64,000 nt of DNA from an uncultured Poribacteria bacterium (GTDB lineage: Bacteria; Poribacteria; WGA-4E; WGA-3G), in assembly GCA_958296135.2 (NCBI GenBank), contig CATQHZ020000001.1:3936001-4000000 (forward strand), written 5' to 3'. Each line of letters opens with the position of its first letter. Positions within the stretch are counted from its first letter, which is position 1. Shown piece after piece: positions 1 through 9,958 of the stretch. Both the position numbers and the translations under genes were made by a program. The notes beneath the pieces are model-generated. The model was given only the letters and a program-made list of their open reading frames with translations. It was not told the DNA's origin and made no database searches.

Positions 1-978
1 AACGACAGCATACCCCGCCTCATAGTCGATGCTACACGGAAAAGCACCTTTGATCAGCGGCAGCGTTTCAAGATACGTGCCATCAGGAGAATAGCGTTCA
101 ACTTCCGCATTCGCCCGGTCGGAAATATCCAACCGGTTTGTGCCATACGGCACCGTGATGTGGTGCCCCGTCCCGAATTGCCCCGGCTCATCACCCTTGC
201 CGCCGAATGCCAACGGATACCACGCTACTAACGGCGTAAAATTGGTAGACGCCGCAATACTCCCGAGGGGAGGACTTCTTCTACCAAGGTTCGGCGCAAA
301 ATTGGTAATCTTCGCACCCAAAATATAGTCCAATTTCGAGTAGCCGGTCGTGACGTAAAGCATACCATCGACATGCGTTACGCCTGTCGGCACAAACTTG
401 CCGCCCTCACTGAAATAGGTGTTAACCGCCTGCACTTGGAAATCAGTCATCGCGTCGGGGGCCTCTAGTGTGTGGACGAGCTTGCCATCTAGCGTCGTTG
501 TGAACACTTTTCCGACATCGTTCGCGGGAAACGAGAGGTAAGGCGTGCCATTGGTGGCTGTCCAGACAGTGGCATAGTGCGCATTCGCCGCTTTCAAAGC
601 AGGCGGGGTTTCAATAAGCCGCGTCGTCTTCAAATCTGCACTGATTTGGATGATACCGACACCAGGGAGCGCGAAGTAGGTTTCACCCTTGCCGGGCCGC
701 CGGTCTACGTCAAATCCGCCGTGTGCTTTGTCAATCGCGGCGACGACTTCGGGAGGAAAGTGCTCGCGGGTGTAAAGCACTCTGAATTTCAGCGCGCCTT
801 GTCCGCTCGTCTGCTGCACCGCTGTCTCGTGGTGCGCAACGAATTGGAAATGCTCAGCGGATGAACGGACATGGAAATCTGTCCCCACATTCGGGGCGTG
901 TTCGTTCACGTGCGCGGCAGCATTGCCTATTGCGAAGGTAACGCTGAAAATTAGCGTGAAAAGCATTAAATATCTCAT
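1..978 (-). CDS. Secreted NHL-repeat / beta-propeller protein (peptidyl-alpha-hydroxyglycine lyase-like), runs off the window at its 3' end
   Basis: Not in the ORF track. Manual translation from ATG 978 (AAGGAG RBS upstream): MRYLMLFTLIFSVTFAIGNAAAH... signal peptide, then FGGKGDEPGQFGTGHHITV...DISDRANAEVERYSPDG, typical of NHL repeats. Confidence 0.7.
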   Translation of the reverse strand, partial: MRYLMLFTLIFSVTFAIGNAAAHVNEHAPNVGTDFHVRSSAEHFQFVAHHETAVQQTSGQGALKFRVLYTREHFPPEVVAAIDKAHGGFDVDRRPGKGETYFALPGVGIIQISADLKTTRLIETPPALKAANAHYATVWTATNGTPYLSFPANDVGKVFTTTLDGKLVHTLEAPDAMTDFQVQAVNTYFSEGGKFVPTGVTHVDGMLYVTTGYSKLDYILGAKITNFAPNLGRRSPPLGSIAASTNFTPLVAWYPLAFGGKGDEPGQFGTGHHITVPYGTNRLDISDRANAEVERYSPDGTYLETLPLIKGAFPCSIDYEAGYAVV

Positions 979-1040
979 CGTAAAAATCTCCTTCGTGAGA
1001 GTGTGAGGGACAGGGCCTCGCACTACGGGCCAAAGGCACT

Positions 1041-1838
1041 TTATGGTTGGATCATCGCCCGGAATTTCTTGGTAAATTCGCAGCTGCGTTTGACGCTCGC
1101 CACGTCTTCCATTTTATATTGAACGACGAGGGGGCCGGCGAAGCCGATTTCTTTCAAGCCGCGCGCGAACGTCTCAAAATCGAAAACACCACCGCCCGGC
1201 TCACCGCGGTTGCTGCCGGAGACATGCACATCGCCCAAGCAAGCCTTCATCGCGTGTGCGGCAGCATGCGGCTCCGCCCCATCGTTGAAAAGGTGATACG
1301 TATCGCACGTCAGATAGACAGGTAATCCCGTGTCCTCAATGAAGGCGACACCTTCGCGGTAGTTGTCAAGCGGGCAGCCCTTCTCGAACTCCAGCGCGAT
1401 TTTCATGCCGTTTTCCTGACAGGGAGAGAGCATGTGCGATAGGTTATCGGCGAGCGTCTCCAGCGATGCTGCCCGCGACGCATCCGCGCAGGGATTCACC
1501 CAGACTCCGATGACATCAGCCTCAAAACGGCGCGCGACCTCCAGCACAATCTCAAAGTGCTTAAGTGCCGCCTCCTTTTTTGCAGGTGTCGTCAAAATAT
1601 GGTTGCCAAAGCCTATCGTCGGGGCGATGAGGTTATGTTTTTCTGCAAGATTGACTGCATCCGCTATGCCAGCGGTGTAGGCGGGTGCACCGGCTCCCGA
1701 TGAAGGTTCACCGAGAAACGCGGCATTCACGGGGATGTTGATGCCATCGTATCCCGCCGCCGCCACAAGACTGAAGATGTCGGCACGCGTCAATCTGCCT
1801 AAGGTGCCTGCGTAAGGGTCATAGCAAACAGGTAGCAT
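1041..1838 (-). CDS. Sugar phosphate isomerase/epimerase (xylose isomerase-like TIM barrel)
   Basis: IALEFE, CDTYHL, DVHVSGSNRGEPGGGVFDF motifs; start moved to MLPVCY after AAGGAG. Confidence 0.8.
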   Translation of the reverse strand: MLPVCYDPYAGTLGRLTRADIFSLVAAAGYDGINIPVNAAFLGEPSSGAGAPAYTAGIADAVNLAEKHNLIAPTIGFGNHILTTPAKKEAALKHFEIVLEVARRFEADVIGVWVNPCADASRAASLETLADNLSHMLSPCQENGMKIALEFEKGCPLDNYREGVAFIEDTGLPVYLTCDTYHLFNDGAEPHAAAHAMKACLGDVHVSGSNRGEPGGGVFDFETFARGLKEIGFAGPLVVQYKMEDVASVKRSCEFTKKFRAMIQP

Positions 1839-2079
1839 TTTTTCTCCTTGAAAGATTTTTGAGGCTATGCTAGCATGAATGCAGTTCTGTGTCAAGACAC
1901 AACTTTTTTGAAGAAAACCCCTCTTGAAGTTGACTAACTTCACATCACATCTCAGGACTTGCGCAGAACGCCTCAACCGAACATGACAGATTTGCGGAAG
2001 CCCTAATCTATTATTTTTCAGCGATGCACGGCGAAGGATAGGCCCGCGCCCCACGGTATGAAAAAAAAGGAGCATCTCC

Positions 2080-2556
2080 ATGAAACGCACACACAGCATT
2101 CTTCCCATAATCGCCATCCTGTTGGCGGCTATCCTGATGAGCAGCTGCTCACGGACAAGTGACTTGCCCATTAGTGATAGCGGCGAAGAAGACAACACCG
2201 AATTCGCGCTGGACGAACAATACGATAAAGTCCGAGCCGGCGCACGCCTGATTTTAACCTACGACGCGCAGACGAATTCCTTCAAAGGCACCGTCGAAAA
2301 CACGACGAACGAAACTTTGAAGCAGGTACGCGTGGAAGTCCACTTGTCAAATGGCATTGAGCTCGGCCCGACAACGCCGGGAGATCTTGCCCCCGGTGAG
2401 ACAAGAGACATCGTGCTCATCGCAACCAGCACCGACTTCAACGGATGGACAGCGCATCCCGAAGTCGGCGGCGGCGGTGGCGGCGAATCCGGTGAGAGCG
2501 GACATAGCGGCGAATCTGGTGAACATGCCGGAGAACAAGGAAATGAACACAATTAG
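2080..2556 (+). CDS. Lipoprotein with FxLYD-like Ig domain and Gly/Glu/His-rich tail
   Basis: Lipobox-like LMSSC; GTVENTT...VRVEV...GDLAPGET pattern; AGGAG RBS. Confidence 0.65.
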   Translation: MKRTHSILPIIAILLAAILMSSCSRTSDLPISDSGEEDNTEFALDEQYDKVRAGARLILTYDAQTNSFKGTVENTTNETLKQVRVEVHLSNGIELGPTTPGDLAPGETRDIVLIATSTDFNGWTAHPEVGGGGGGESGESGHSGESGEHAGEQGNEHN

Positions 2557-2623
2557 AAGGATGCGGAAAGGGATAGGGAAACCCGGTTATGGGCTTCCCT
2601 GCTCCCGCGGCCTTAGTGCCGCT

Positions 2624-3235
2624 ATGAAATACCTATTCGCACTCATACTGCTATTCGGGAGCGCAGGGCTCGCATACGCAGCAGCTGCCCCCGACAACAT
2701 CCTCAAAAACGGCGACTTCGACCTGAACCTGGAGCAGTGGCACCCTTGGACGCACGAGAGTGCCGCCGCACTCTTCCAAACAGAAGGCAAAAAGGCGGAA
2801 CCCATCGCGGGGAAGAAAGCCGCCGCTATTGAAATCAAAAAGCCGGGCAACGCTCCCTGGCACATTCAGTTCTATCAGCAGCCTTTCACGCTGGAGAAAG
2901 GCAAGACGTATACCTTCAACCTGTGGGCGAAGAGCGAAACACCGCGTCCTGTTCGGATGCGCATCCTCCATCAGGGAGACCCGTGGAACGAATACGCTGT
3001 CAAGGACATCAATCTGTCTGAAGCGTGGAAGGAGTTCTTCGTCACGTTTACCATGCCCGCGGACGATGTGAATTCACGCGCCGGCATTATCATGGGCGGC
3101 CAGAAAGGCGACGTTTGGTTGGATCATCTCCGTCTTTATGAAGGCGAATTTGTCAGCGACATCGAAGACGCAGCACCGCAGGCAGTCGAACCTTCGGCTA
3201 AATTGGCGACGACGTGGGCATCCATGAAACTGTAG
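2624..3235 (+). CDS. Secreted carbohydrate-binding (CBM4/9-like) protein with KLATTW tail
   Basis: Signal peptide MKYLFALILL; NILKNGDF, LEKGKTYTFNLWAKS, VWLDHLRL; C-terminal AVEPSAKLATTWASMKL. Confidence 0.75.
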   Translation: MKYLFALILLFGSAGLAYAAAAPDNILKNGDFDLNLEQWHPWTHESAAALFQTEGKKAEPIAGKKAAAIEIKKPGNAPWHIQFYQQPFTLEKGKTYTFNLWAKSETPRPVRMRILHQGDPWNEYAVKDINLSEAWKEFFVTFTMPADDVNSRAGIIMGGQKGDVWLDHLRLYEGEFVSDIEDAAPQAVEPSAKLATTWASMKL

Positions 3236-3424
3236 ATGAAGGCTCGCGGGGGACAGGCCCCCGCGCTACGAGGGCGAAGAGGCGAGTGCGGGAGCGCGAT
3301 GCGGTTTTTTCTTGCAAATTCGGGCGCAAAATTGTATCATATCCGTGAAACCGCGCACCTCGGCAGTATCAAAAGTTGTAGGAGCGAATTCCCAATCAAG
3401 ATGTTTCATTCAGGAGGCAAACCG

Positions 3425-4204
3425 ATGAAATTCGATAAATGTTTGACGCTCGTTTGCACCGCCATCGTTCTCTGCGCAGCAGTCACGGCGGGAGTACACG
3501 CGCAAGCTATTGAGGACGGATTGGCAGGACACTGGACTTTTGACGACGGTGACATCAACGGCGACACCGCCGTAGACGCTCTCGGCGAACACGACGGCGA
3601 GATTAAGGGCAAACCGCAAGTCGTAGAGGGCATTGTCGGCGACGCACTCAGTTTTAACGGCAAGGAAGATTATGTCGTCATGGGCGCAGTTACCGAAGGA
3701 CAGAACGTCACCTACGCAATGTGGGTGAAAGTAGCCGCCCTTCCCGCGGGCCCAAAGGTTATCATCTGGGACGATGACCCGCAGGGCGGCGGCGACTCGT
3801 GGCTGGAACTCCTGGCGGATGGCACAGTGCAAACCCAAAGAAACGGCGACGGGTTCGGTGTCTTCAAAACCACAACGCCTATCCCAGAGGACGAATGGAC
3901 GCACATCACCTTCGTCGCCGATGGCGATAACGAAAAAAAGATCCTTTACCTCAACGGCGCAGCGGATGCCGAGGCTGATGGAACAATCAACAGCCGCGAC
4001 ACGCGCAGTCACGTCGTTGTTGCCGTCGGGCATGACAGGAACGCTTTTATCAAACCGCTCTATTTTGAAGGCGAGCTCGACGATGTCGCCGTTTACAACC
4101 GCGCATTAGAGGAAGACGAGGTTATGGACAATTTTGCGATAGCCTTCGCGGTGGAGGCGAACGGAAAACTCGCGCTCACGTGGGGTGCCATAAAAACGCG
4201 CTAG
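3425..4204 (+). CDS. Secreted LamG/concanavalin A-like protein with KLALTW tail
   Basis: LAGHWTFDD, ALSFNG, WTHI, FEGELDDVAVYNRAL; C-terminal AVEANGKLALTWGAIKTR; GGAGG RBS. Confidence 0.85.
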   Translation: MKFDKCLTLVCTAIVLCAAVTAGVHAQAIEDGLAGHWTFDDGDINGDTAVDALGEHDGEIKGKPQVVEGIVGDALSFNGKEDYVVMGAVTEGQNVTYAMWVKVAALPAGPKVIIWDDDPQGGGDSWLELLADGTVQTQRNGDGFGVFKTTTPIPEDEWTHITFVADGDNEKKILYLNGAADAEADGTINSRDTRSHVVVAVGHDRNAFIKPLYFEGELDDVAVYNRALEEDEVMDNFAIAFAVEANGKLALTWGAIKTR

Positions 4205-4310
4205 TTTTTCCGGCAGGCGCGCGTTGCAAGCGCGCATGACGCAACGAACGCGGGGACAAACCACGCCTACCGATAAGGAAGGAAGGCGTGCTCAGAAACA
4301 TACCAAAAAT

Positions 4311-6917
4311 ATGAAATTGCTGCCTATTTTTATCCTCTCGCTTTTTATCGCATCGGCATCCGTTGCAAACGCGCTGCCTGCAGACGCAGAACTCCAAAAC
4401 GCTATCCAAACCGCCCGGCTGTTTACGAAACTCAAACCGCGCTACACTGCTAATGAGATAAACGAATGCGCAACCGATAGTTTCGTCACGCTCGCCAAGA
4501 ATTGGCAGAACGTGCCCTCGGTACATCGGCAGGAACTCAAGGGAATATTTCTGCGGCCCGGACTGCCCGGCAGTCTGTTCGGGGATATGGTGCTACCCCA
4601 GCAGTTCAACACGCCGCACTTCAGACTCCACTACACGCGCGTCGGACCGCAGGCACCCCCCCTAGAAGATTTCCACCCGCGCAACGGGGTCCCAGATTAT
4701 GTCGACATTTGCGCCGATGCCATGGAACGGGCCTATCACATACAACTCGATCTGATGCAGTTTAAAAAGCCTTATCTCGATTTTTGGGCGATGCAGAACG
4801 GCGGCAATCACAAATACGATGTCTATCTCTTCACTTTCCCCGCCCTCGGCATTACGACAGCAGACTGGTTTGAGGGACGTGTGCTCTCCACAGCACTGAC
4901 GGTGGCACCTTATTTTATGCTCAACTCGCGCATCTACGACTACGTCGGGAAGGCCGAGGGGAAACGTTATATTGAGACGACTTGCGCGCACGAATTCCTG
5001 CACGGCATCCAATTCGGCTATAACGCTTACATGCCAACGTGGTTCATGGAGGCATCCGCAACATGGATTGAGATTATGACTTACGATGGCGGACGCATCA
5101 ACGATGGCGACAATATCCCAGACCCGGACGAACCCAACGAAACCGATGCCTATAACTACTATATCCATCAACTGCGCCGCTGGTTCTTGCACCCGGATAT
5201 TGCACTAGAAAGCCGCATCGGGGACCACGAATACGGCTCGGTTATCTGGACATTGTACATGGCGGAACGGTTCGGCTACGACATCATCAGGGAGTTCTTC
5301 GGAAACACTACCGATGGCAGCTATCGCGAAATGGGCAATTTCTACGATGTCTTCACCGACCGGGGCACCAACCTCGCGGAAGCGTTTAAGACGTTCACGG
5401 TGTGGAATTATTTTACTTACGACAGGGCAGGGCTGCGAACGGGCGCGCAAGGTTACACGAACGCGCATCGCTTCCCACCGGTTGCGATACATCCTCACGA
5501 TGTCCACGCCGCCTATCCGGTCCGCACTGATTTTGACTCGGAATCGATGCCCGAGCATTTCTCGGCGCGTTACATCGTGTTTCGGCCCGCGGGGATTCTG
5601 CCAGAATTCGCCGTGAAAATTGATGGCGCAGACCTGGCACCAATAGACACACGCAACCTGACGCGCGACGACGCAGAGGATATTCAAAATGAACTCAACC
5701 GACACACGTTCACCGGGTTGCGCGGATGGGCAGCGAAATTCATCGTCAGAAAACGGAACGGCACGACAGAAGTGCGGGAAGCCTTCACCTATCAGCGTTC
5801 GCAAGAAGCGCAAATGACGTTCAAGGATTTCGGCGGCGAGATTCAGGAAATCACGCTCATCCTCATCAACATGCATCCCGATGTCGAACAGGTCATCGTG
5901 CCGGGCGGTACTTTTGGCGGCTCGGTGAGTTATATGGCGGGGCCCCCACCGGTAGGCAGGCTTGCAAACGTGCAAGTCCGGCAAGGAACCAGCGGGCCCA
6001 TCGTGGCGTGGGATGTTACGAATCCCGCGGGCATCCAAGAAGTGGCAATTGTGCGCAAACGCTACACGCTGGCGAGCGAGACAGATGTGCCGCAACCTCT
6101 TCAAAACGCCGCGGAAGTGCTTGCCGCCGCCGACCGGGACGGAAATGGCATTGCGGAGGACGATATAACGCTCGTCGGGCGCGTGCCTGTGACGCAAACC
6201 CGATTTGAGGATACCACCGTTTTTCAAGATGTTGATGTCACTAGTGAACTCTTCGATGCGAATACTGTCCACTATTTCTACGCCGTCGTGCCGGTTGACG
6301 CGATGGGTATCCTGGGCACGCCGAGTCTCGCGCCGAATAGCATCACACCGGCATTTGATTCTGGGAGCGCGGCACCCGCTTTCTTTATTCAGACGCAGCG
6401 GCGCGGCATTGGCGTGTGGCGAGTTGAGGTGCGCAGCACGCACGAACTGCAAAGCGCCCCAACCTTAGGGGTGGAAAGTCCCGACAGGCAAAGTCATTCC
6501 ATCTTTTTAACGCGAGAAACGCCGATGAAATGGGTGGGAACGCTGACAACAGACGGGTTTCCGCCGCCCGGCACTTATCTCTATCGGATTCGTGGTGAAA
6601 CGCCCGCCGGCGTATCAGGCTCCCGCATTTGGCAAGGACGAACCTTCAACTATATCGCGACGAACACGCATCGAAACGTCACCGTCGCGCCGAACCCCCT
6701 CTATGCCGGGCAAAGCGGACACCTTCAGTTCTATCCGCGAGGCTTAAGCGTGCAAATTTACGACGCGCAAGGCACCTTAATTAAAGTGCTTGACTCCGCC
6801 TCCGAGTGGGATTGCACCAATCAACGCGGCGAAATGGTATGTGCCGGGCTCTATTTCTTCCGCGCAACCGATGGGAACGGCTTTGTCAAAACAGGCAAAT
6901 TCTGTATTGTGAAATGA
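4311..6917 (+). CDS. Secreted putative Zn metalloprotease (MXAN_6640-like) with C-terminal T9SS-type-A/FlgD-Ig-like domain
   Basis: Signal peptide; NGVPDYV; CAHEFLHGIQFGY + WFMEASATWIE gluzincin-like motif; C-terminal VAPNP...WDCTNQRGEMVCAGLYF. Confidence 0.75.
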   Translation: MKLLPIFILSLFIASASVANALPADAELQNAIQTARLFTKLKPRYTANEINECATDSFVTLAKNWQNVPSVHRQELKGIFLRPGLPGSLFGDMVLPQQFNTPHFRLHYTRVGPQAPPLEDFHPRNGVPDYVDICADAMERAYHIQLDLMQFKKPYLDFWAMQNGGNHKYDVYLFTFPALGITTADWFEGRVLSTALTVAPYFMLNSRIYDYVGKAEGKRYIETTCAHEFLHGIQFGYNAYMPTWFMEASATWIEIMTYDGGRINDGDNIPDPDEPNETDAYNYYIHQLRRWFLHPDIALESRIGDHEYGSVIWTLYMAERFGYDIIREFFGNTTDGSYREMGNFYDVFTDRGTNLAEAFKTFTVWNYFTYDRAGLRTGAQGYTNAHRFPPVAIHPHDVHAAYPVRTDFDSESMPEHFSARYIVFRPAGILPEFAVKIDGADLAPIDTRNLTRDDAEDIQNELNRHTFTGLRGWAAKFIVRKRNGTTEVREAFTYQRSQEAQMTFKDFGGEIQEITLILINMHPDVEQVIVPGGTFGGSVSYMAGPPPVGRLANVQVRQGTSGPIVAWDVTNPAGIQEVAIVRKRYTLASETDVPQPLQNAAEVLAAADRDGNGIAEDDITLVGRVPVTQTRFEDTTVFQDVDVTSELFDANTVHYFYAVVPVDAMGILGTPSLAPNSITPAFDSGSAAPAFFIQTQRRGIGVWRVEVRSTHELQSAPTLGVESPDRQSHSIFLTRETPMKWVGTLTTDGFPPPGTYLYRIRGETPAGVSGSRIWQGRTFNYIATNTHRNVTVAPNPLYAGQSGHLQFYPRGLSVQIYDAQGTLIKVLDSASEWDCTNQRGEMVCAGLYFFRATDGNGFVKTGKFCIVK

Positions 6918-7834
6918 AAAAAGCACTCTATTCCTTCCTAGAATTAGGCATCACGAGTCCGGCAGCCGCGGGCTCCAACCGCGCACGCCATAACGCGCGC
7001 CTACGGGGTTTGTCCTGTGTGAACTCGCTCCTCTTTATCTTACTGATTTTGACAGGGTGCGGAGACGACGGCCTTGTCAATCCGCACGGCGAAACAACGC
7101 TGCCCCCACCCGATACAACAGGCCTCCACGCCATCGATTTTCCGACAGATACCGGCTCCGCATGGACATACGTCAACGTTAACACGAATCAGGAATTTAC
7201 AGTACGCATCGAAGGCACGCGGGACATCAGCGGCACAACGCATCGGCAGATGACTGTGGGACGAATTAGTCCGGTTGCGCAGGACGCGCTCGACAGGGAG
7301 GCACTCGACCATTTATCCGCGAATGCTTTCTATTTTCGTGTACCAACGGAATCCGAGTTTTTTCAGGAGTTCCCGTTCCCCATCTCTGCTACCTACTTTT
7401 ACAAAACGCCGCAAGCGTTGATAGAATCGGCGTTTGACGCTTACATCTTCCCGTGGAGTAATCCGACGTTTCATCAGAAGCACGCGCCGCCGCGCCGCGT
7501 ATGGGATTTCCCGCTGAAAATCGGAAAAGAGTGGACAGTCTTTGAAAAAACAGTCGGAGACCCGGTCACGGTGACGCGCTATGTCGTGGATAGAGATGTC
7601 CGAATAACCGTGCCCGCCGGCAGTTATCGCACCTATGTCGTTCAGGAAGAAGCAGTTTTCGGAGACAGCGACAATCCGACAACGCGGTTCATCAGCCCGC
7701 CGGCAGCGTATTGGATCGCACCCGAGGTGGGTATTGTCCAATATAGATATAGCCAGTATCGCGCTACTGATGCACTGGCGACGCAAACGTTCGCGCTGAA
7801 AAGTGTGCATCTGCCGGGACCGAACACGGACTGA
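6914..7834 (+). CDS. Hypothetical lipoprotein (beta-rich, DUF3108-like C-terminus)
   Basis: LILTGC lipobox; FPLKIGKEW, ITVPAGSY, YWIAPEVGIVQY; ATGA overlap with upstream gene. Confidence 0.65.
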   Translation: MKKALYSFLELGITSPAAAGSNRARHNARLRGLSCVNSLLFILLILTGCGDDGLVNPHGETTLPPPDTTGLHAIDFPTDTGSAWTYVNVNTNQEFTVRIEGTRDISGTTHRQMTVGRISPVAQDALDREALDHLSANAFYFRVPTESEFFQEFPFPISATYFYKTPQALIESAFDAYIFPWSNPTFHQKHAPPRRVWDFPLKIGKEWTVFEKTVGDPVTVTRYVVDRDVRITVPAGSYRTYVVQEEAVFGDSDNPTTRFISPPAAYWIAPEVGIVQYRYSQYRATDALATQTFALKSVHLPGPNTD

Positions 7835-7906
7835 TACGCAATTCACCGTTGGCAACTATCAGGAGCTCTGGCTCTACAGATGAGCCCCAACAGCACCGTC
7901 TCTGAA

Positions 7907-7959
7907 CCGTAGCGCGAGGGAAAACCCGGCGAGCGCGAATCGCCGAGGGTTCCCCTCGC
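7907..7959 (+). repeat. Extended REP palindrome, variant with internal CCCGGCGA..TCGCCGAGGG hairpin
   Basis: CCGTAGCGCGAGGG-[hairpin]-TTCCCCTCGC; near-identical copy at 33104-33155, related copy at 62612-62660. Confidence 0.8.
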
Positions 7960-7998
7960 AGCGGAGTCTCTATATCCGAACCCCATCTCCAAAAAAAG

Positions 7999-9306
7999 AT
8001 GAAAAATCTAGCGCATCGGAACATCCCGATTACCATTATCGGCGGCGGGATACACGGCATATCCATCGCGCTACGCCTACGCCGCGAAATGCCGACGACA
8101 GCACTCGCCATTGTGGATAGGCATCCGCTGCCGCTCACGGCGTGGCAGCGCAAAACCGAACGTCAAGGCATGACGTTCCTCCGCTCACCTGCTGTCCATC
8201 ATATCACGCCTGATGCGTTAGGCATCGTTGAATACGCCGAACACCACAACCGCAACGATGAATTGGCACCGCCGTACGCCCAACCTTCAACGCCGCTTTT
8301 CTGGGATTTTTGTCATGATGTGTTAGAAGAAGGCATCGCGAACGGGGGGGAACGCCTACTGGAAAATGGAATTTATTATCAATTTGATGTCGCGAAATTG
8401 CGGTGGGATAAGGGCGCAGGTTCATATCCGTTCCGCCTAGTTTCAACCGAGAATGTCGGCTTTCGGAGCCGGTGTGTCATCCTCGCAATCGGTTCTGATG
8501 ATTGTGCTCATGTGCCGCAGGAATTTGTGCCATGGCAACGCCGATGGCCGGAGAGGATAGTACACGCATCGCGAGTTTCGGTGAGTCCGGGGGATTGCGA
8601 GGGCCAAAGGACAAAAGAAAGTCCCCTCGCGCTACCGACTGAGCAGAAGCCGATTGCCATCGTCGGAGGAGGATTAACAGCTGGCACGCTGGCAAGAAGC
8701 CTCAGCGAACGCGGACACGAAGTAGTGCTCATCGCACGGCAACCGTTGAAAACGGAGCAGTTCGATTTTCCACCAGCCTGGTTGGGACCGAAGGCACTCG
8801 CAGAATTTACGCGGGAGACCGGTTTTCAGCGGCGCTATGAAATAATCCAACAGGTGCGGGGGGCAGGAAGCATCACGCCAGATATTGCAAAAGCCTTGAA
8901 GGACGCACCGCGTGTCGCTATCTATACCGACACTTGCATCCGAGACATCACGGAAGAGCGCGGGAAAACGCTACGCCTGCACCTTGAGAATTCAGGCATC
9001 ACCCCAGAAGCAACGAAGCAACCGCTAGGAACAATAAAAAACGTTTCTTGCGTTATTCTCGCGACAGGGTACCGATTTAACCTGCGGCGTTATCCATTTT
9101 TGGCAGAATTGCTGACACAGCACGAAGTGCCGCTTGTCCGCGGATTACCCAGACTTGATGCCTCTCTGCAGCTGCTTCCTGTCACCAATCTTTTTGGGAC
9201 AGGCACTATCGCGCAATTGCAACTTGGGCCCGCGGCAGGGAATATCGCTGGCGCGAGTCTCGCCTATGAACGCCTACGCAAACAAATTTTACCGCAGTTT
9301 GCCTAA
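7999..9306 (+). CDS. FAD/NAD(P)-dependent oxidoreductase (lysine/ornithine N-hydroxylase-like fold)
   Basis: IIGGGIHG (FAD), LRSP, IVGGGLTAG (NADP), VILATGY. Confidence 0.8.
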   Translation: MKNLAHRNIPITIIGGGIHGISIALRLRREMPTTALAIVDRHPLPLTAWQRKTERQGMTFLRSPAVHHITPDALGIVEYAEHHNRNDELAPPYAQPSTPLFWDFCHDVLEEGIANGGERLLENGIYYQFDVAKLRWDKGAGSYPFRLVSTENVGFRSRCVILAIGSDDCAHVPQEFVPWQRRWPERIVHASRVSVSPGDCEGQRTKESPLALPTEQKPIAIVGGGLTAGTLARSLSERGHEVVLIARQPLKTEQFDFPPAWLGPKALAEFTRETGFQRRYEIIQQVRGAGSITPDIAKALKDAPRVAIYTDTCIRDITEERGKTLRLHLENSGITPEATKQPLGTIKNVSCVILATGYRFNLRRYPFLAELLTQHEVPLVRGLPRLDASLQLLPVTNLFGTGTIAQLQLGPAAGNIAGASLAYERLRKQILPQFA

Positions 9307-9340
9307 ATTTCTGCAGACACCCGTGCTTCTGAATTCGGTA

Positions 9341-9946
9341 TTATGCCTGCTGCGCTACCATGCTAGCGAGGATGCCCAGGATTTTATCACACTACCGGAT
9401 TGGGTAGAGCTCCATATCAATGTGCAAACACCTTGCCGCCAATTTGAGGAATTTCCAATCTACGCCTGTTGTAGTAGCACCATAAACCCACGAGATGTCA
9501 TTCCCTTTTTCCGCGTTAAAGCGTTGGGCGGCAACCATCTCTGCCGCACACTGCCCAAGCCCAAGCGTGAGGGCATCCTTCTTCGCCCCCACAAGAGCCA
9601 TGACAGGGGCCTGCAACAAATGCTGGACAGGGGACAAACTGACTAAAAAATCGCACACGCCTGTCAATTCGCTATCCACATCAACGCTGAAGTCAATCCC
9701 CGAAAAAAGGCTGATGCGCCGGTCCGCGTGTTCGCGGAGTTCAACGAGAACCGGGGCGACTATCAATTCTGACTTCGCCTTCTCTGTGTTGGTCGCACTC
9801 GCTAACTGTACATTTCTCGCCAAATCTGCAGTGAAACGGGACCGCGGGGCCACCGGCACGACTTCAGCGAAAAGATTCGCGGACTCGGTGATTTCTAACT
9901 GGAACGTTGTCACTACAGCATCCAACGTAAAACTACTATAGGCCAT
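9341..9946 (-). pseudogene. PD-(D/E)XK-like hypothetical protein paralog (MAYS.FT family) with premature TAG
   Basis: 606 nt like the paralogs at 57-58.9 kb; in-frame TAG at 9392-9394 is followed by CDKILGILASMVAQQA*; VEAK motif reads VGAK. Confidence 0.7.
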
Positions 9947-9958
9947 CTGATAAAACCT

